A model generated the notes under the pieces. The model worked only from the letters and a program-made list of their open reading frames with translations, was not told the origin of the DNA and searched no databases. From Ramazzottius varieornatus (taxonomy: Eukaryota; Animalia; Tardigrada), in the NCBI GenBank assembly GCA_001949185.1, contig BDGG01000003.1, forward strand, positions 2,959,158 through 3,023,157: 64,000 nt of DNA, read 5' to 3'. The position numbers and the translations under genes are program-made. Positions 23,871-36,279 of the stretch are shown here, piece after piece. Position 1 is the stretch's first letter. Every line of letters starts with the position of its first letter.

Positions 23871-25231
23871 CTTGGTTTTGGCTTCCAGTGCTTTCTTTAG
23901 ACTCAAGACCAGGGTTTTGTTAAAAGTTCTAATCAATCACCGCCCTGCCTTAAGGTAAACGCGCTGTGACTAGTCTAGCCGAATTGGCAAATTGGTCAAT
24001 ACATCCTGTCGGAAGGCCCTGAAGTTCATGGGAGTATCCATATTCAAAGATAAAATTATCTAACTGTCACCTCTTCGGATTGTGACTCTTACCGGCAAGG
24101 GAGTCCAGGGAAGAATGGCTGCCAGGGGGCGCTGTTCGAAAGACACTGGGCCGCTGCAGCCCGCCCAGCTCGTCTGCTCTCCTCCTAGCACTGTCCGAAT
24201 AGCTATCCAGAGAGGAACTTGAAGTGCTGGCTCCAGAATAAGCGAGTTGAGAAGGAAAGAAGGGAATGGGCTGGAAGGAGCTTGAAGGATACATAGGCGG
24301 CGGAGTTCCCATTGTGAGAAAGTTGTTAGACAAAAGGGCGGAATTTAACAAGAAACAAATGGCGAAAGGAACGCAATGGATAATAATATCTGTGACTTTT
24401 GCAGGTCGAACTTCGGTATGGAACGATATCACAAAACGAATCTCAGCGCTTGATGTGAGATCAGGAATCTAGCAATGGACCAGGAAGTAAGTGATCAACA
24501 GCGCGGTATGTCACAGACGATTAAGATCCAGCGTGGATTAGGGCAAATATTGCATGGTTGTCGTGTCGCAGAATGTATCATCGGTGGAGGAAACTCAAAG
24601 GCCGAAGCAGAACGGATGTAGTTTTTCATGCTTGTGGGTCTAGATTTTCATGGGAAGGGGGAAGATAAGCAAAGTAGCACTTGTTGCATTCTAGCCATGC
24701 ACATCGATAAGCAAATGACACGGTGAGCCTGGCTACAAAGTCGGCTTCACGCATACATGTACACTGGTTCAGGTTCGCTGTTATCAATCTCGGCGTACTT
24801 TGCAAAGCCCTTCTGGTATCTCTGTGAAATTAATTTATGACAGCTATAGTCGTGTATCGAACGTGACTATCACTCTCTGAAAGGGGGGTCTAGTTCAGCC
24901 GGCTCGTCGTGTCGCACCAGCCAGCCCCACTCTTTTGCAACAGCAGGTGCGGCGCAACATGCAGCCTGTAACATTCTTCGACCGATACGTCCATCATCAT
25001 TCTTGTCTATGTCCCTCTCGCTCGAAATGCCAGTTGATGCAACAAGTGACTGCAAGGTGCCCTCCGTTGACGCAGGAAGGACCTGCCAAGGGCTTGCGAA
25101 TTATTCTGACGGAATCAAACGGCAGTTCTCTCGTGAAAGATGTTTTGTCGACGTCAAACCCACGTCGGAAACACAGTAAAAGAATTCGGGAAACGACATC
25201 AGAGCTGGGCGAAGTGGCGAACAAAACATAG

Positions 25232-25329
25232 AAGGTCGTTGTCCCTTGCGGCGGACGTTTTCATTGTAATTGGCTAGAAGGGTGCGCCACTTGAGGCAGC
25301 GATCTTTTGCGCTGCGTTTTCCCAGCTCC
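25232..25329. mobile_element. Family A hairpin MITE, degenerate left arm
   Basis: GTGCGCCACTTGAG...CGATC...CCCAGCTCC right arm. Confidence 0.55.
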
Positions 25330-26055
25330 TCTATGAAGAATTTAAATGTGAGTACCAGTAATTGACTTGTTCGACTTTTCTTAGTTTAGGTGTTAGGAAA
25401 CATTTCTCCATTTCGTAGATTAGATCCACATCCGCTCAAACTGGAGCAATCGGGATTGGAATACTTTTGTGTGTCTTCGACGAAAGTTGCTCATCTGCCG
25501 TAATTTGGCTCGCGACAACGCGCTGCCGGTAATTACAGCCCTGCAGTATTTGTCGCTACTTTTTGATCGACACTCTGACATGAGAATTGTTTTTATGCTG
25601 GCCGAACAAGAGGTACTTTAGCGCTGTATCGACTGTCAGAAGTTATACGATTTTGACATGTCGTACAGCCTTACACGCAGTCTTGCTTCCGGCCCAGTGA
25701 CGGTCGTAATCTACCTTCTGTAGAACAAACAATGCAGGCAGTGGCGGTTCCACCACGTAGTTGGGTCTTAGCTGGGGCCAGCAAACTCGTTACTGCCACT
25801 TCCAAGATGCTCATAAACACATCAGAAAAATTTATTGCGAAAAAACATCCTATACTTTCGCGATGAAAGAGCCGAAATATCGCACAGCTCCCACGACTGT
25901 AAGGTGAACACCCGGGATGTAAATTATTCTAGTTGAGTCAATCTGGTATGTGATACGTTTCCATGTCGCATTTCAATATCCGCGAAGAAGAAACAACGAG
26001 TTTAATCAAGGTATAGCACACAAAGCGGAAGTTAGCAAGCAGCTGTCAGCCAGAG

Positions 26056-26120
26056 TTCAAGCACCTGCATAGTCCGTTTGCATAGTCTAGAACGTTATGT
26101 CGGTATGTAGGTGCGTGCAA
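26056..26120. repeat. Family D mini-hairpin (Tbh 3' UTR region)
   Basis: GCACCTGCATA-N~30-TATGTAGGTGC. Confidence 0.65.
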
Positions 26121-26175
26121 AAGGGCTGATTTTATTCGCCGATCTTGTAAGTGCTGACGCATAATTCTTCTGTCA

Positions 26176-28876
26176 TCAGTTTTCTTGAAGACTTCTTTGT
26201 ATCAAGCATGGATTGACCGCTTCCGGAAGTGGATCCGTGATCCGAACTTGCGGTGCGTTATTCCACTGTCCCGGGAACCTTCCACCCGAGCTCATATTGC
26301 ACTGCATACTCAACGGTGCTTCCTCGTAGAGGTGCTTGAGGATATCAGCCGTTAGTGGCGTCCAGCGTATAGAGTGGTAGTTGTCAATAACAGACTTCAT
26401 CGGGGAGGTTTGATCCAAATCGATGGTATTCATGGTCTCGAAGAAGGTTGCAAGAGCGTCCGAGTCGATGGAGCTCTTGCAGACTTCAAGGTTGGTTCGT
26501 GGGTAGTAGTGGACGTAGTTTACGCACATTTCATCGCTGATGGCGTAGCCGCCCAAGGTTGCGTTAGTGCGATCGGTTGTGCGGAATTCGCAGGTTGTTA
26601 GAAGCTCGTCTCCCTGCAATAAGCGCAGTGGTGTTGTTCGCTTTGTTGTGCTTATTGATTTTCATGGTGGGCTAATGATGCTATTCATGACTGTGAGAAG
26701 GGAGGGTGGGTCTTACGTACCGGCAAAACGTTAACTGGCCGCTTCAGCTTGCGGATTTCCTGGTACATGGTGCTATAGTGGTTGTCCCTGTCAAGCTCCG
26801 GTAGTTCTCGACCATTGCGAAAGTGCCGCGTCCATACTCTAACTCCCGTCAAATGGGTGTGGAGCTGCGAGGCAAAGATCAAGATGCCATGCTTGGGAAA
26901 ACCCTGTAGAAAATGAGTGCAGTAGAAAGATGCCAACCAGCGAAACAGCTAACAAATATAAACTATGATAAGATGATTTGAATTTTATTAAATATAGTAC
27001 ATGCAGCAAGAAAATAATTATTTCTCTTCGCACTTGCATACTGAATTTTTCGAAAAGTTTTTATTGTCATATGGACGTTGGCTAATGACTTGAACATGAT
27101 CGTTTCTCCAAGTGACGCACACTTTGAACCAATAGTAATGGAAAGGTGCGCAACTTGAGATGACGATCGTGTCTAACTCATTTGCCGACGACCCTAATTT
27201 TGGATTTTAAAACTGATGAGTTCTAGAATCCGTGCGAGTATTCTTGGCTGTTTGTTTTTCTACGAGCTGGAGAACATACGATTTGAGTGCATGAGGCGAT
27301 ACAGTGTCCGCTTAGGTGAAAGGCTTCCATCGCAGGTGGAATCGCCATTTTGGGCGTGTACTCTAAGCCGAGTTCCAAACAGCCGGCGTCGTACCGTCGA
27401 AGCTGCGTGGTGTAGTAGAATCGAATGCCGGAAGAGTCAATCCGACCCGCCGTGCTCTTCGGATTGTTGTAGTGCATCTCGATACGAATGTATGGAGAGA
27501 ACTCACTTCCTCCGATAGGGTACCCGGCCTCTTCGGGGTAAATCAGCGGTGGCGCACCTAAACATTTTCCGAAGCCATGTGGGTAATCCATCGCTGTAGG
27601 TACAAGTAGTGATAGCATATCTGTCGCAGTAAAAACTCACCCATTGCCCAGGCGCCAATTACCCGCTTGCAGTGTTCAATCTCCTGCGGGGCCGTGTCCG
27701 CATCACAGTCGCCTTCCCATTCAAACAGCTGCTGACCAGGTGGCGCTTCGCAGTGGAAGACCTCGATGTGATGCACTAGGTCTTCGTTACCTTCTTGAAT
27801 ATTCGACTCATACTAAAATCGAGAACCAAAATTATTGGAAGTGTTTGCGAAAGGCGTATGCATGACGGGAAGACTTAACGTACCCGGATGATGTGGTTCT
27901 TCTGAAAGAGGCTGGGGAGCTTCTTGATGACGCACCAGTAAGTAGTCTCCTTCGCCGGAACTTGGACCTTTTCCGAAAGAACGTCCATGACTTTGACTTT
28001 GCTTTCGTCCACCGAAGGTTGGGTCTCCTCGTCTGGTAACTTCGGCGGAAACAGGCTGAGACGAAGCATGTTCTTATAGATCTCATTTTCGTTCGTGACA
28101 GACTGGCCTTCGATAGTGGCTATTGGACCTGGTCCGAGTACGTACAGCGTATGCGTTGTACCTTCCTGCAAATCAAGGATGAACATATGAACGTAGAACT
28201 ACTCTACTGTACATTTTGGAGCGCGACAAACAATCTTGTCAGGATTGTTCCAAAAGTGGTGCATATTTCTAATGTAACTGGCCGAAAGCGTGTGCCACTT
28301 GGGAAAAACGATCTTGTCGAGTTTATTTGCCTACGTCACATTCAGAGTTTGAATCTGCGTTTGAAACTTTATAAAGAAATCCAGAAACGAACATCATCTG
28401 CGATATTCTCAAAAAACCAAAGGGAATCGTTGTTTGTGTACCTCGAGTTGATAGTCTTCTTCCTCACAAGTTCGCCGTTTCCTGATGAAGCGGATCTGCG
28501 TTCGGGTGGTGGTTTGGTTCACCGAGACGAACTGGCAATTCTGCGTCTGGTCGACGTGAAGAACGCCTTTCCCATCGGAGAATACATCCGTAAGGTGTTC
28601 GCGACCCCATAAGTCCGTCCAGAAGACACAAAAATCTGCGTGAGTAAACTCCCCATAATCACTGAACCCAAAGGCGATCCAGGATTTCGGGTTGATTTTA
28701 GCCTGTAAATCTACAGCAATGTGGTCATCGTTGTAGTTCCACGACAGTATTAAACGTCCCTGTTTCTCAACTTCCACACGATACGGTAGACCTGATTTCG
28801 CTATCGTAGCCTCGACAAGCAAAAGTGTCAAAATTACGAACTGGTAAATCTGGACCATCTTTTGAGCGAGAAACAT
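26176..28876 (-). CDS. Tbh: Tyramine beta-hydroxylase (DBH-family copper monooxygenase), multi-exon
   Basis: Signal/anchor peptide and DOMON domain (WIAFGFSDYG), ETTYWC, VHHIEVFHC, DAGCLELGLEYTPKMAIPP, FASQLHTHLTG, DNHYSTMYQEIR, GGYAISDEMCVNYVHYYP. Confidence 0.93.
27072..27194. mobile_element. Family A hairpin MITE (Tbh intron)
   Basis: GACGTTGGC...CAAGTGACGCAC...GTGCGCAACTTG...ATTTGCCGACG. Confidence 0.75.
28218..28338. mobile_element. Family A hairpin MITE (Tbh intron)
   Basis: AAGTGGTGCA...TGTGCCACTTGGGAAAAACGATC. Confidence 0.7.
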
Positions 28877-29331
28877 TTTAGGTTAAGGACGCTGTCTTCT
28901 GTCGAAGAGATATAACCGAACCCGAGAACTTTATCTACCAACGAAAATGTAGCAGTCTTCCAGCAGTCTTTGTTGCGATATGCCAAGAGCCGGAAATCGT
29001 TAAGCCATCTATACAGAAATATTGACGTTGGTGTCACTTCCACGCTCCTCTTCATCATTCCTAGCCCTCAGGTCAGGCTCAAGTTCAACTAAACAGGAAA
29101 AGTAACTGCGTCTTTTGTGGTCCGCGTGGGAGTAATGTAGAAAACTGTAACAACTAACAAGTTGTTGAATGTCACATTTCTGAAAGGGCTCCAACGAGCT
29201 ATAAACCCTCATTTCGCTCTACTCAATAATGAAAACGTCAGGCCGCACTGGTCAGTCTTCACTTGAGCATCGAGAAGAACATCGAGAAGTCGGAGAAGAT
29301 GTAATCACAAGATCGACTCAACTGACCTGTC

Positions 29332-29396
29332 TTTACGCACCTGCATACATGAACTCGAACCCTTACAACGACGACGGAATATGCAGGTACGTGCAA
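29332..29396. repeat. Family D mini-hairpin
   Basis: ACGCACCTGCATAC-N~30-ATATGCAGGTACGT. Confidence 0.65.
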
Positions 29397-29796
29397 AACA
29401 GAAAGCAACTTACTGAGTACAGTACTATTCATGTACTCGTACTGGTCTGACGTTTTCTCGCGTGCCGTAAGAGCTTTCTGACTACACCGGCCTGCCTCTT
29501 CAGAGGTCCTCGAGGAACCAGGTACGGAAAAACGAATTGATTTTCGAACTTTACTACAGACAGTCAAAAAGGATTGGGTTCTGTAAAATAACGGACTGAA
29601 AAGAAAAAAAATCTGCACAAATTATTAGGAAACGTTAAACACCAACTACGTCTACAATGAACCAACACACCACGAGTACTTTACCTCAAAGCTGTAACAA
29701 CGTCCAAGTGTATACCCGCAGCCATCAACGTGGCGAAAAAAAGTTTGATGAATATCTCCAACGGGAGGAATGGATTTGTCAGATAGCATCTTTACC

Positions 29797-32700
29797 CTAG
29801 TACCTGCGGCCTACTGGGCTTCGCGATCGACTTCGCCGACGGCCACCACCACTATACCGCGGACTCGGAGAGGGTCGACGTCTGACCGGTGAGCTCCGTC
29901 GGTAAGATCCCGGTCGAGCTCCACCACGGTCATCACGTCGTGGACTGCGAGATCGGCGACGCGGGCTCTCACGAGGACGTTCCCGAGAAGCGTCCCGTCG
30001 CATTCGGTCCTAGAAAAGCAAACCTATCGGTATCGGATATTTCAGTTACGACCTCAGTTTTCCAATGAGATGGATAGAAAGATACTTACAGACCGGAACT
30101 TGTTATTCTCATCAGTGCCAGCTCCAGGTCTTGGCCGATCCTGGTCAAACTGCTTGCGCCTCTCTTCTCGCTCTGCTGCCAGCTTCTGTTCCTCCTCATC
30201 TCGTGCCTTCACCTATACACAATAATTTCGAATACAAATTACAGCTCTTCGGTACGTAAAGTAAGGGTGAGATCGGCAAGTAATTTCAACCTCGTCATTT
30301 TTCTCGAGTGACGCACGTTTTCATTGTTATCGATCGAAGGCGTGTGTCAGTCGAAAAAACGATCTGGGTAAATTCATTTGCCGATGTCCTAATTAGCGCC
30401 GACAACTAACCTGCTCTTCGGTCAGCGGTTTCCAGTAGATTTGAGGCCTTGTTTCTGTGCGGTGAAAGAGAACGTCCAGCGGTATCCCCACTACAAGACA
30501 AACTCACACATCAGTACGGTAATAAGACTTCATACTCCTTCGTCCACAAAACCAAATTAAAAAGTCGAATATACCTGGCTTTGTGGGCTCGGTTTCGGTT
30601 TTCACTTTAAGCGTGTCCTCCGGCGCAGGTTTCCCACGGTCCCATTCGCGTTCCGCCGCTGCAGGTTCCTTCTTGGGTGACAGGGTCTTGTTATCTGTTT
30701 CATCCTTACCGCCGACACGAGCTTCCAGCTCCTTCTCACGTTCTGCTCGTCGTTCGAGGCGCTTCTCTTCTCGCGCGATCGCCACGTCGCGATGCGCCTC
30801 ACCTGTTTCCTTGTTACTCGCCACCGTGATCTTCAGCTTCTCCACTTGGCCACGATCAATCTGGGGACGCAAGCCAGACGATAGCGTACGCTTGTTCCCA
30901 CTGTCGGGCAAGCCGATGGGCGTAACAGGCGTGGAAGGAACGCTGGTCTTCTGCTTGAACTAACAAAACCAGACAATAAGTGCACGGTCAAGCGGAGTCA
31001 AAATTATCTCGTTATTTCAAAAAGATGGACAAACTCATTCCCAGTTTTGATGCCTCCAAAGAAACTGTCAGAAAGCGTACCTCATCTTCTCTGATGAATT
31101 CCGCAAAAAGCTGACGTGGGTTCGAAGCTGGCCATACAAGGTTGAACAGAGCTCTTCTTGTCGCTTCTGCCTCTTCCACAGTGGAAAACTGTAAAGAAGA
31201 ACATGTGACCAAATAATGCTCGAATAAAATTTAGCACGAAAAGTTCGAAGGAATAACTTACGGTTGCGATGCACTGAGACTTGATACTATCAAGCCAAAA
31301 GTGATCGGGTCCCTCCACCAGGGTCCCAGTCTTGCTCAGCATTTCTTTAAGCTGCTTTTCTGTGAAGGGACGAGTGAGGTTCTTGATGTGCAGCAACGCG
31401 GTTGGTGTGGCTCTCGACGAAGGTGGACTGAGCCCGCGTTTGTTATCGCTCGCGTCCAACGCTCGCTTACTGTCGGCAGCCGCGTCGGCGCAGACAATCT
31501 TCTGCACCTCTTCCCTGACTACAGAAGAGAGGAACATGATCACCGAAATCACGCAGCGATGGGGCTCGGCAATTAGACTTGATACGATCCCTTTTCCAAG
31601 TGACGCAAGCTGTCGACCAATAATGCCGAAAACGTGCGCCACTTGCGAAAACAATCCTGTGGAATTTTCCAAGCGGCGCACGCCTCCAGCCAGTCATACA
31701 GACAACGTACGTCGCTCAGGAAATGAATCTTGTCACGACTGTTTGTCGAGCTCTCAAATGGCATTCAATACGGATGACAGACTTACTGGGACCAAGGCCG
31801 TAACGCGACATCTTGCGAGGCGGTTCACGACCTTCTTTCGCGGTCTCTTCATGTGAACCATTACTCTTCATCGAAGCGGTCTTTTCGTCGGCTGCCTTAT
31901 AGGAACTGGACTTGCGACTGGACTTGTCGCTTTCTTTTCGTATAGGAGAAGTTGGTCGCTTCTGACCCCGAGGAGATGGTGTGCGAACTGTTGGAACAGC
32001 TGCCTTCTGTTCCTCCTTGACAGTCAACCTGCAACAGTTCACGAATACAACACTGCGCGGAAAACAAAACAGAAAATTCATAACAAGATCAATAACGCGA
32101 TTACGCGAGGCAAACGAGTTGGACAAGAATTTCACGTAAGAACTCACTCGTCATCTCCTTCGATTTCGCCATAGTCCAGTTTCTCTTCATCGATGCTAAG
32201 AGTTTTCTGAAGAACAAGAGGCCCTCGTTTTCCCCCGTCATAGCATGAATAAACACATAGACACCGTAGAAACGAAGAACCTACTGCTAAGTTCGAAGTA
32301 TGTCCAGGTTTTTCGCCAGAGTTTTCGCTCTCGTCCTTCGCGGTTCCCGTAGAATTGGAAGAATTTGGCGCATTCAAACTTCGGTCGAGTATAGTTTGGT
32401 TTCTCAGTCCAGACGACGTTTCTTCAGTCGGGGTAGAAGTCTGACTGGGTTCTGCGGACTGTTCCGTCGGTTCATCCACATCGAGAGTGACTTCGACATC
32501 GTCAAACGCGTCGTCATTCTTCGTCTCCTCGCGCACTTCCTTTCTGACACTATGTTCAGGAACAGATTCCTCACCAGCCGCAGGACGAACATTCACGGCG
32601 TCGCGCAAGAAGGCCGGCGTGGGTTGAGCCTCATTAACCTCCATGGTCCAGCTTTCCTCTGGGACATCCCTGACAACATCTTTGACTAGATCATTTTTAC

Positions 32701-33958
32701 TATTACTACTTACCAAAATATCATTATTGTGAAGAAAACTATTGGGTTGCCCCACTGAAGCTGTGGCGCCTACGGTCACGTCATTCTGTTCTACTGCTGC
32801 AGCTGGTGAAGCCTTCGACTCAACCACGACGGGCTGACTACCTAAAGGGGTGGAATCCTTCTTGGGCGATGGACTGAGCGTCTTTCGGGGAGAACTGACT
32901 GACAGGTCCAGTCCGGCGTTGTTTTCGGACGCTTCTTGAGCCTCTTGCTCGGAACGATCGGATCGACGAAGCTCGGGCTTGCGTCCCTTTCGACGAGAGT
33001 TTGGAGAGGCTTCTTGTGCGATCTCTTCTTCGTGGACTGAAGGCGCTTCGGCGACGGATGTTCCTTCCGCTTGAGAAGGTGCCATCGAGTTGTTTTCTGC
33101 GTTCTCCAAAGGTGGCTTCTCGATATCCTCGGTTCTCTTCTCAGCAACTGGAAATATTACATCAGCTACAGGATACTGTTCTCCATCCAGTTATCCTGTG
33201 ATATCTAAGCAAACTCCGGAACAAAATACCTGCTTGAACTTTTCTCTTGTGATCAAGAGACTCGGCCAACAAAGACTCCCGCTCCGCTAAATACTGCGCT
33301 ATGAAGGGATTAGTGTCTCCCTGCAAAAAACCAATCGATTAGCAACAAATGTGCTGCGTCCATGATTAACGCGTGCCTCAAACTTTCCACAGTCCGAAAT
33401 TAACTGTAAAAGTTGCACAGAGTTTCAGTTAGGTAGGTGAGCCTTGATTGGCTGATTACTCGAGACGTAATGCTGTATATTGAACTAGATTCTAATGAAT
33501 CTAATCAAATAACTAGCGACTGCTCGATTCGAAATCAGAATCATTTTCCAGGTAACCCCTCATTTGTCACTGTAAGATTCCGTGAAGGACTTTGTACTCT
33601 TTTCTCTCCCACAAAGTGTCATTTCGAGAATACACCGAGACGAGAACATAGTGGTTCGAGATGACTCACCGGCGTAGTCTTTTCTGGAGACGCTTTGTGA
33701 GGGCTTGAATGCTCCTTTACGGGTACAGGTGATCCTTCAGGGTTTGCCAGAAGGTACTGAAACAATCACTATCATTAGCTCTGCGAGCATGAGTAAGATT
33801 CGGGCTGCGAACGGGATGAAAAATGCTACCTCGCCGAGTCGTTGTGCAAGCTGCGACTTGTTCCCAGATTTCGAAAGCGAACGTTTTCCCAGCTCATCCT
33901 TCAGCTCCGTCACTTTCAACTCGCCCAATGGCTTGCCGGAAACAATGAGATCATCCAT
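29797..33958 (-). CDS. ACIN1: Acinus (ASAP complex): SAP domain, acidic linker, RRM, RSB motif, RS tail
   Basis: [31 protein letters not shown]; [22 protein letters not shown]...[10 protein letters not shown]...[18 protein letters not shown]; [26 protein letters not shown]; RS-rich end. Confidence 0.92.
30268..30390. mobile_element. Family A hairpin MITE (Acinus intron)
   Basis: ATCGGCAA...GAGTGACGCAC...CGATC...TTTGCCGATGTCC. Confidence 0.65.
31561..31680. mobile_element. Family A hairpin MITE (Acinus intron)
   Basis: CAAGTGACGCA-N27-TGCGCCACTTG; spacer very similar to the copy at 187-305. Confidence 0.75.
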
Positions 33959-34579
33959 CTTGCTCTTTAGATCAAGTATTGTTCGCAGATGAATGTAGTG
34001 GACGATCAAAACTTATCCAGATTCCAGAGAAAAAAAATAAACCTACAATGGCAGATATGACCATACATGACCCAGACAGCAGTCACATCACTGCAGCTTC
34101 GCAGGGATTTCCCGGCGCGGGCTCCGAGACATCACGTCTCATGCAGTGAGGGCGTAGTCTGAAGCGCCCTCTATCTAAAAATCGGTTCAATCAAGAAAAA
34201 GCCCTTTCTTTCCAGTACCACAGGTGGCGCTGACCGTATGCTTTATAAACGTGTGAGTAAAGCCCCCGAGCTTTCCCCCCGAAGACAAGGGCCGGACCTC
34301 AAACTTCGATCACTGAGGAGCTTCTGCTTTTGTCGTTCATCGCTTTCTCAGTTTGTTACTCTTCTGAAGTTAGGAGCACTTCCGAAGTTGTGTGGTTTAT
34401 CCTGCGATCATTGTTATCTTGTCTAGGCTGAAAGAACCGCACGCTGAAGCTGATCTGACGAGGGGAAACCGTGAATACGGCCGTGGGCTATTTGTCGAAG
34501 GAGGAGCGAATGGGACTGCACTGACATTTAGTGGTCTTCTCACTGGACTCCTTTTGCGAGGCCATCCCGACGGACGGAC

Positions 34580-34885
34580 ATGGCAGCCACGTCTTCGCGC
34601 TATACCCAGATGATGGAAAGATTAAGTAGACGGATATTTAATGAACCTTTGAAACCGCTAAACAGCAAAGGCCACAGAATTGTCAAGGCGTTCAGCGAGA
34701 AGCCTATCGATGCGCGACCGGAAATAACTAATTATTACCCACCACTGCCTCAGTTATGGAAAATGGTGCGTGTCCTTCGGCAGCATGGTTTATTTCGCGA
34801 TGAGCACCTGGACTTCAACGAAGAAATGGAAAGACTGCGAGTTCTGAGAGGCAAAGTACGGCCCAAAAGAGAACCCAAGAAATGA
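34580..34885 (+). CDS. MRPS33: Mitochondrial ribosomal protein S33
   Basis: RLSRRIF...YYPP...LRQHGLFRDEHLDFNEEMERLRVLRGK; 101 aa. Confidence 0.93.
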   Translation: MAATSSRYTQMMERLSRRIFNEPLKPLNSKGHRIVKAFSEKPIDARPEITNYYPPLPQLWKMVRVLRQHGLFRDEHLDFNEEMERLRVLRGKVRPKREPKK

Positions 34886-35086
34886 ACGGACCATTAATGC
34901 CCATATTTGACCTTGTTCGCCTTGCTGTTCTGGTAATGAAATTCTGGACCTTTGCGCCTTCGAGGTGCTCGCTTGTAAATTCTTTGCTGTCATTTAACTG
35001 TCGAACTGTGTGCTTCGCTTCGAAAACCGAACAAAGTTTGTTTGGGGCAGACAAGTGAAAAGAAAAACAGAAGAACCGTACGATAT

Positions 35087-35893
35087 TCACAGTAAAATCT
35101 GCACGGCGTTCTTCGCAGTCCTTCTTTTCGCAAGACTATTCTGCAAAGCTTTCCAGCTACTGGTACTAAGCATCTTTTGTGAAAACTGTCTGGGAAAGCC
35201 AAATAAGTCAACGACGAAGCCTAGTTCAGTGGGGGACTTTAACAAGTAAGAGTCCGCTAAACCACTAGACATAACGACCACGTCTGGAAGTTTACCCGAG
35301 TCTCCCGGGTTCAGATCTCCCACGAGACGTCTACAGTTGGTGAAGAAGGTGCCTCTTGTTTCAGGTGACTCCAACGCTCCGCGGTAGCACACCTCGAAAA
35401 ACTTCCCATTAGCTTCTACCTGACGAGCGTGCTTTCTTTTGATACTGACGCATCGCCTGGTGGTGAAGTCCAGCTCGATTATATCCACATTCGCGTCGTC
35501 GATCGCTTGCTGGAGCATCTTGTCGTCGGTAGGACTAACGGAAACTATGTCAAAGGCTTTACAGGTAGGGTGGTTCTGTAGATCGTGGAAAACTCGCGGA
35601 TCGCTGGCGACCAAAGACAAGCGGCGAAATACCTTGAAAGGCGCACCGGAAGGCGTCTTCGGCAGAGATGCTTCGTCGGGGATTAAAGGAAATCTGAACG
35701 ACGCAGGCTTCTCTCTGGCACTCTTGTCCTTCTTGTTCGTTGAGACGGTGAATTCGTCGGGTGCCGCGCAGTAGGTTATGGCTGCTCCAGCATATCCGAC
35801 TGACGCGGCTTCGCGAATGAGAAGGTTGGTCTGCTGTTCGTCCACATACTGCAGAAATAGATCGAATACCGCGTCCACCGCGTTTTTATCCAT
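35087..35893 (-). CDS. RPP30: RNase P/MRP subunit p30, single coding exon
   Basis: FDIVSVSPTDDKML, VDIIELDF, GKFFEVCY, VVMSSG...LKSP, RRTAKNAV pattern of the RNase_P_p30 family. Confidence 0.88.
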   Translation of the reverse strand: MDKNAVDAVFDLFLQYVDEQQTNLLIREAASVGYAGAAITYCAAPDEFTVSTNKKDKSAREKPASFRFPLIPDEASLPKTPSGAPFKVFRRLSLVASDPRVFHDLQNHPTCKAFDIVSVSPTDDKMLQQAIDDANVDIIELDFTTRRCVSIKRKHARQVEANGKFFEVCYRGALESPETRGTFFTNCRRLVGDLNPGDSGKLPDVVVMSSGLADSYLLKSPTELGFVVDLFGFPRQFSQKMLSTSSWKALQNSLAKRRTAKNAVQILL

Positions 35894-35999
35894 CGAACCC
35901 AACGAGAAGCTTTAGGGTGGGGATGAGCTCAGCATCCAGCCGAAGAACTCCAATGGGACCAACGCGCCTTCGCGGTGCTTCGGGAAGAAGACACAGAAT

Positions 36000-36279
36000 C
36001 AGCGGTGAACGGGTGATTTACTCAGCCTAATATACAAAATCACGGGACTGTCAGTTACGACCCGCCAAGAACCGGTGTAACAGGGAAACTGTGTCATCGA
36101 TGGGCAAATCTACCTTTACTGAACAGGAGATTCGGTGTTCGAACAACATCCAGAAGAGCTTTTCTCATACGGAAAATATTGATTGACTGATTGCCGTTCC
36201 AAAGATGGGATGCGCCTGATGTTGCGAAGCCGTTCTGTGGTTTGGATGATTCACTGAGTAAATCACCCGTCCATTGCTG
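36000..36279. mobile_element. Family C: 280-bp hAT-type MITE just upstream of RPP30
   Basis: TIR CAGCGGTGAACGGGTGATTTACTCAG / CTGAGTAAATCACCCGTCCATTGCTG; 8-bp flanks CACAGAAT / CAGAGAAT (7/8 TSD match). Confidence 0.85.
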
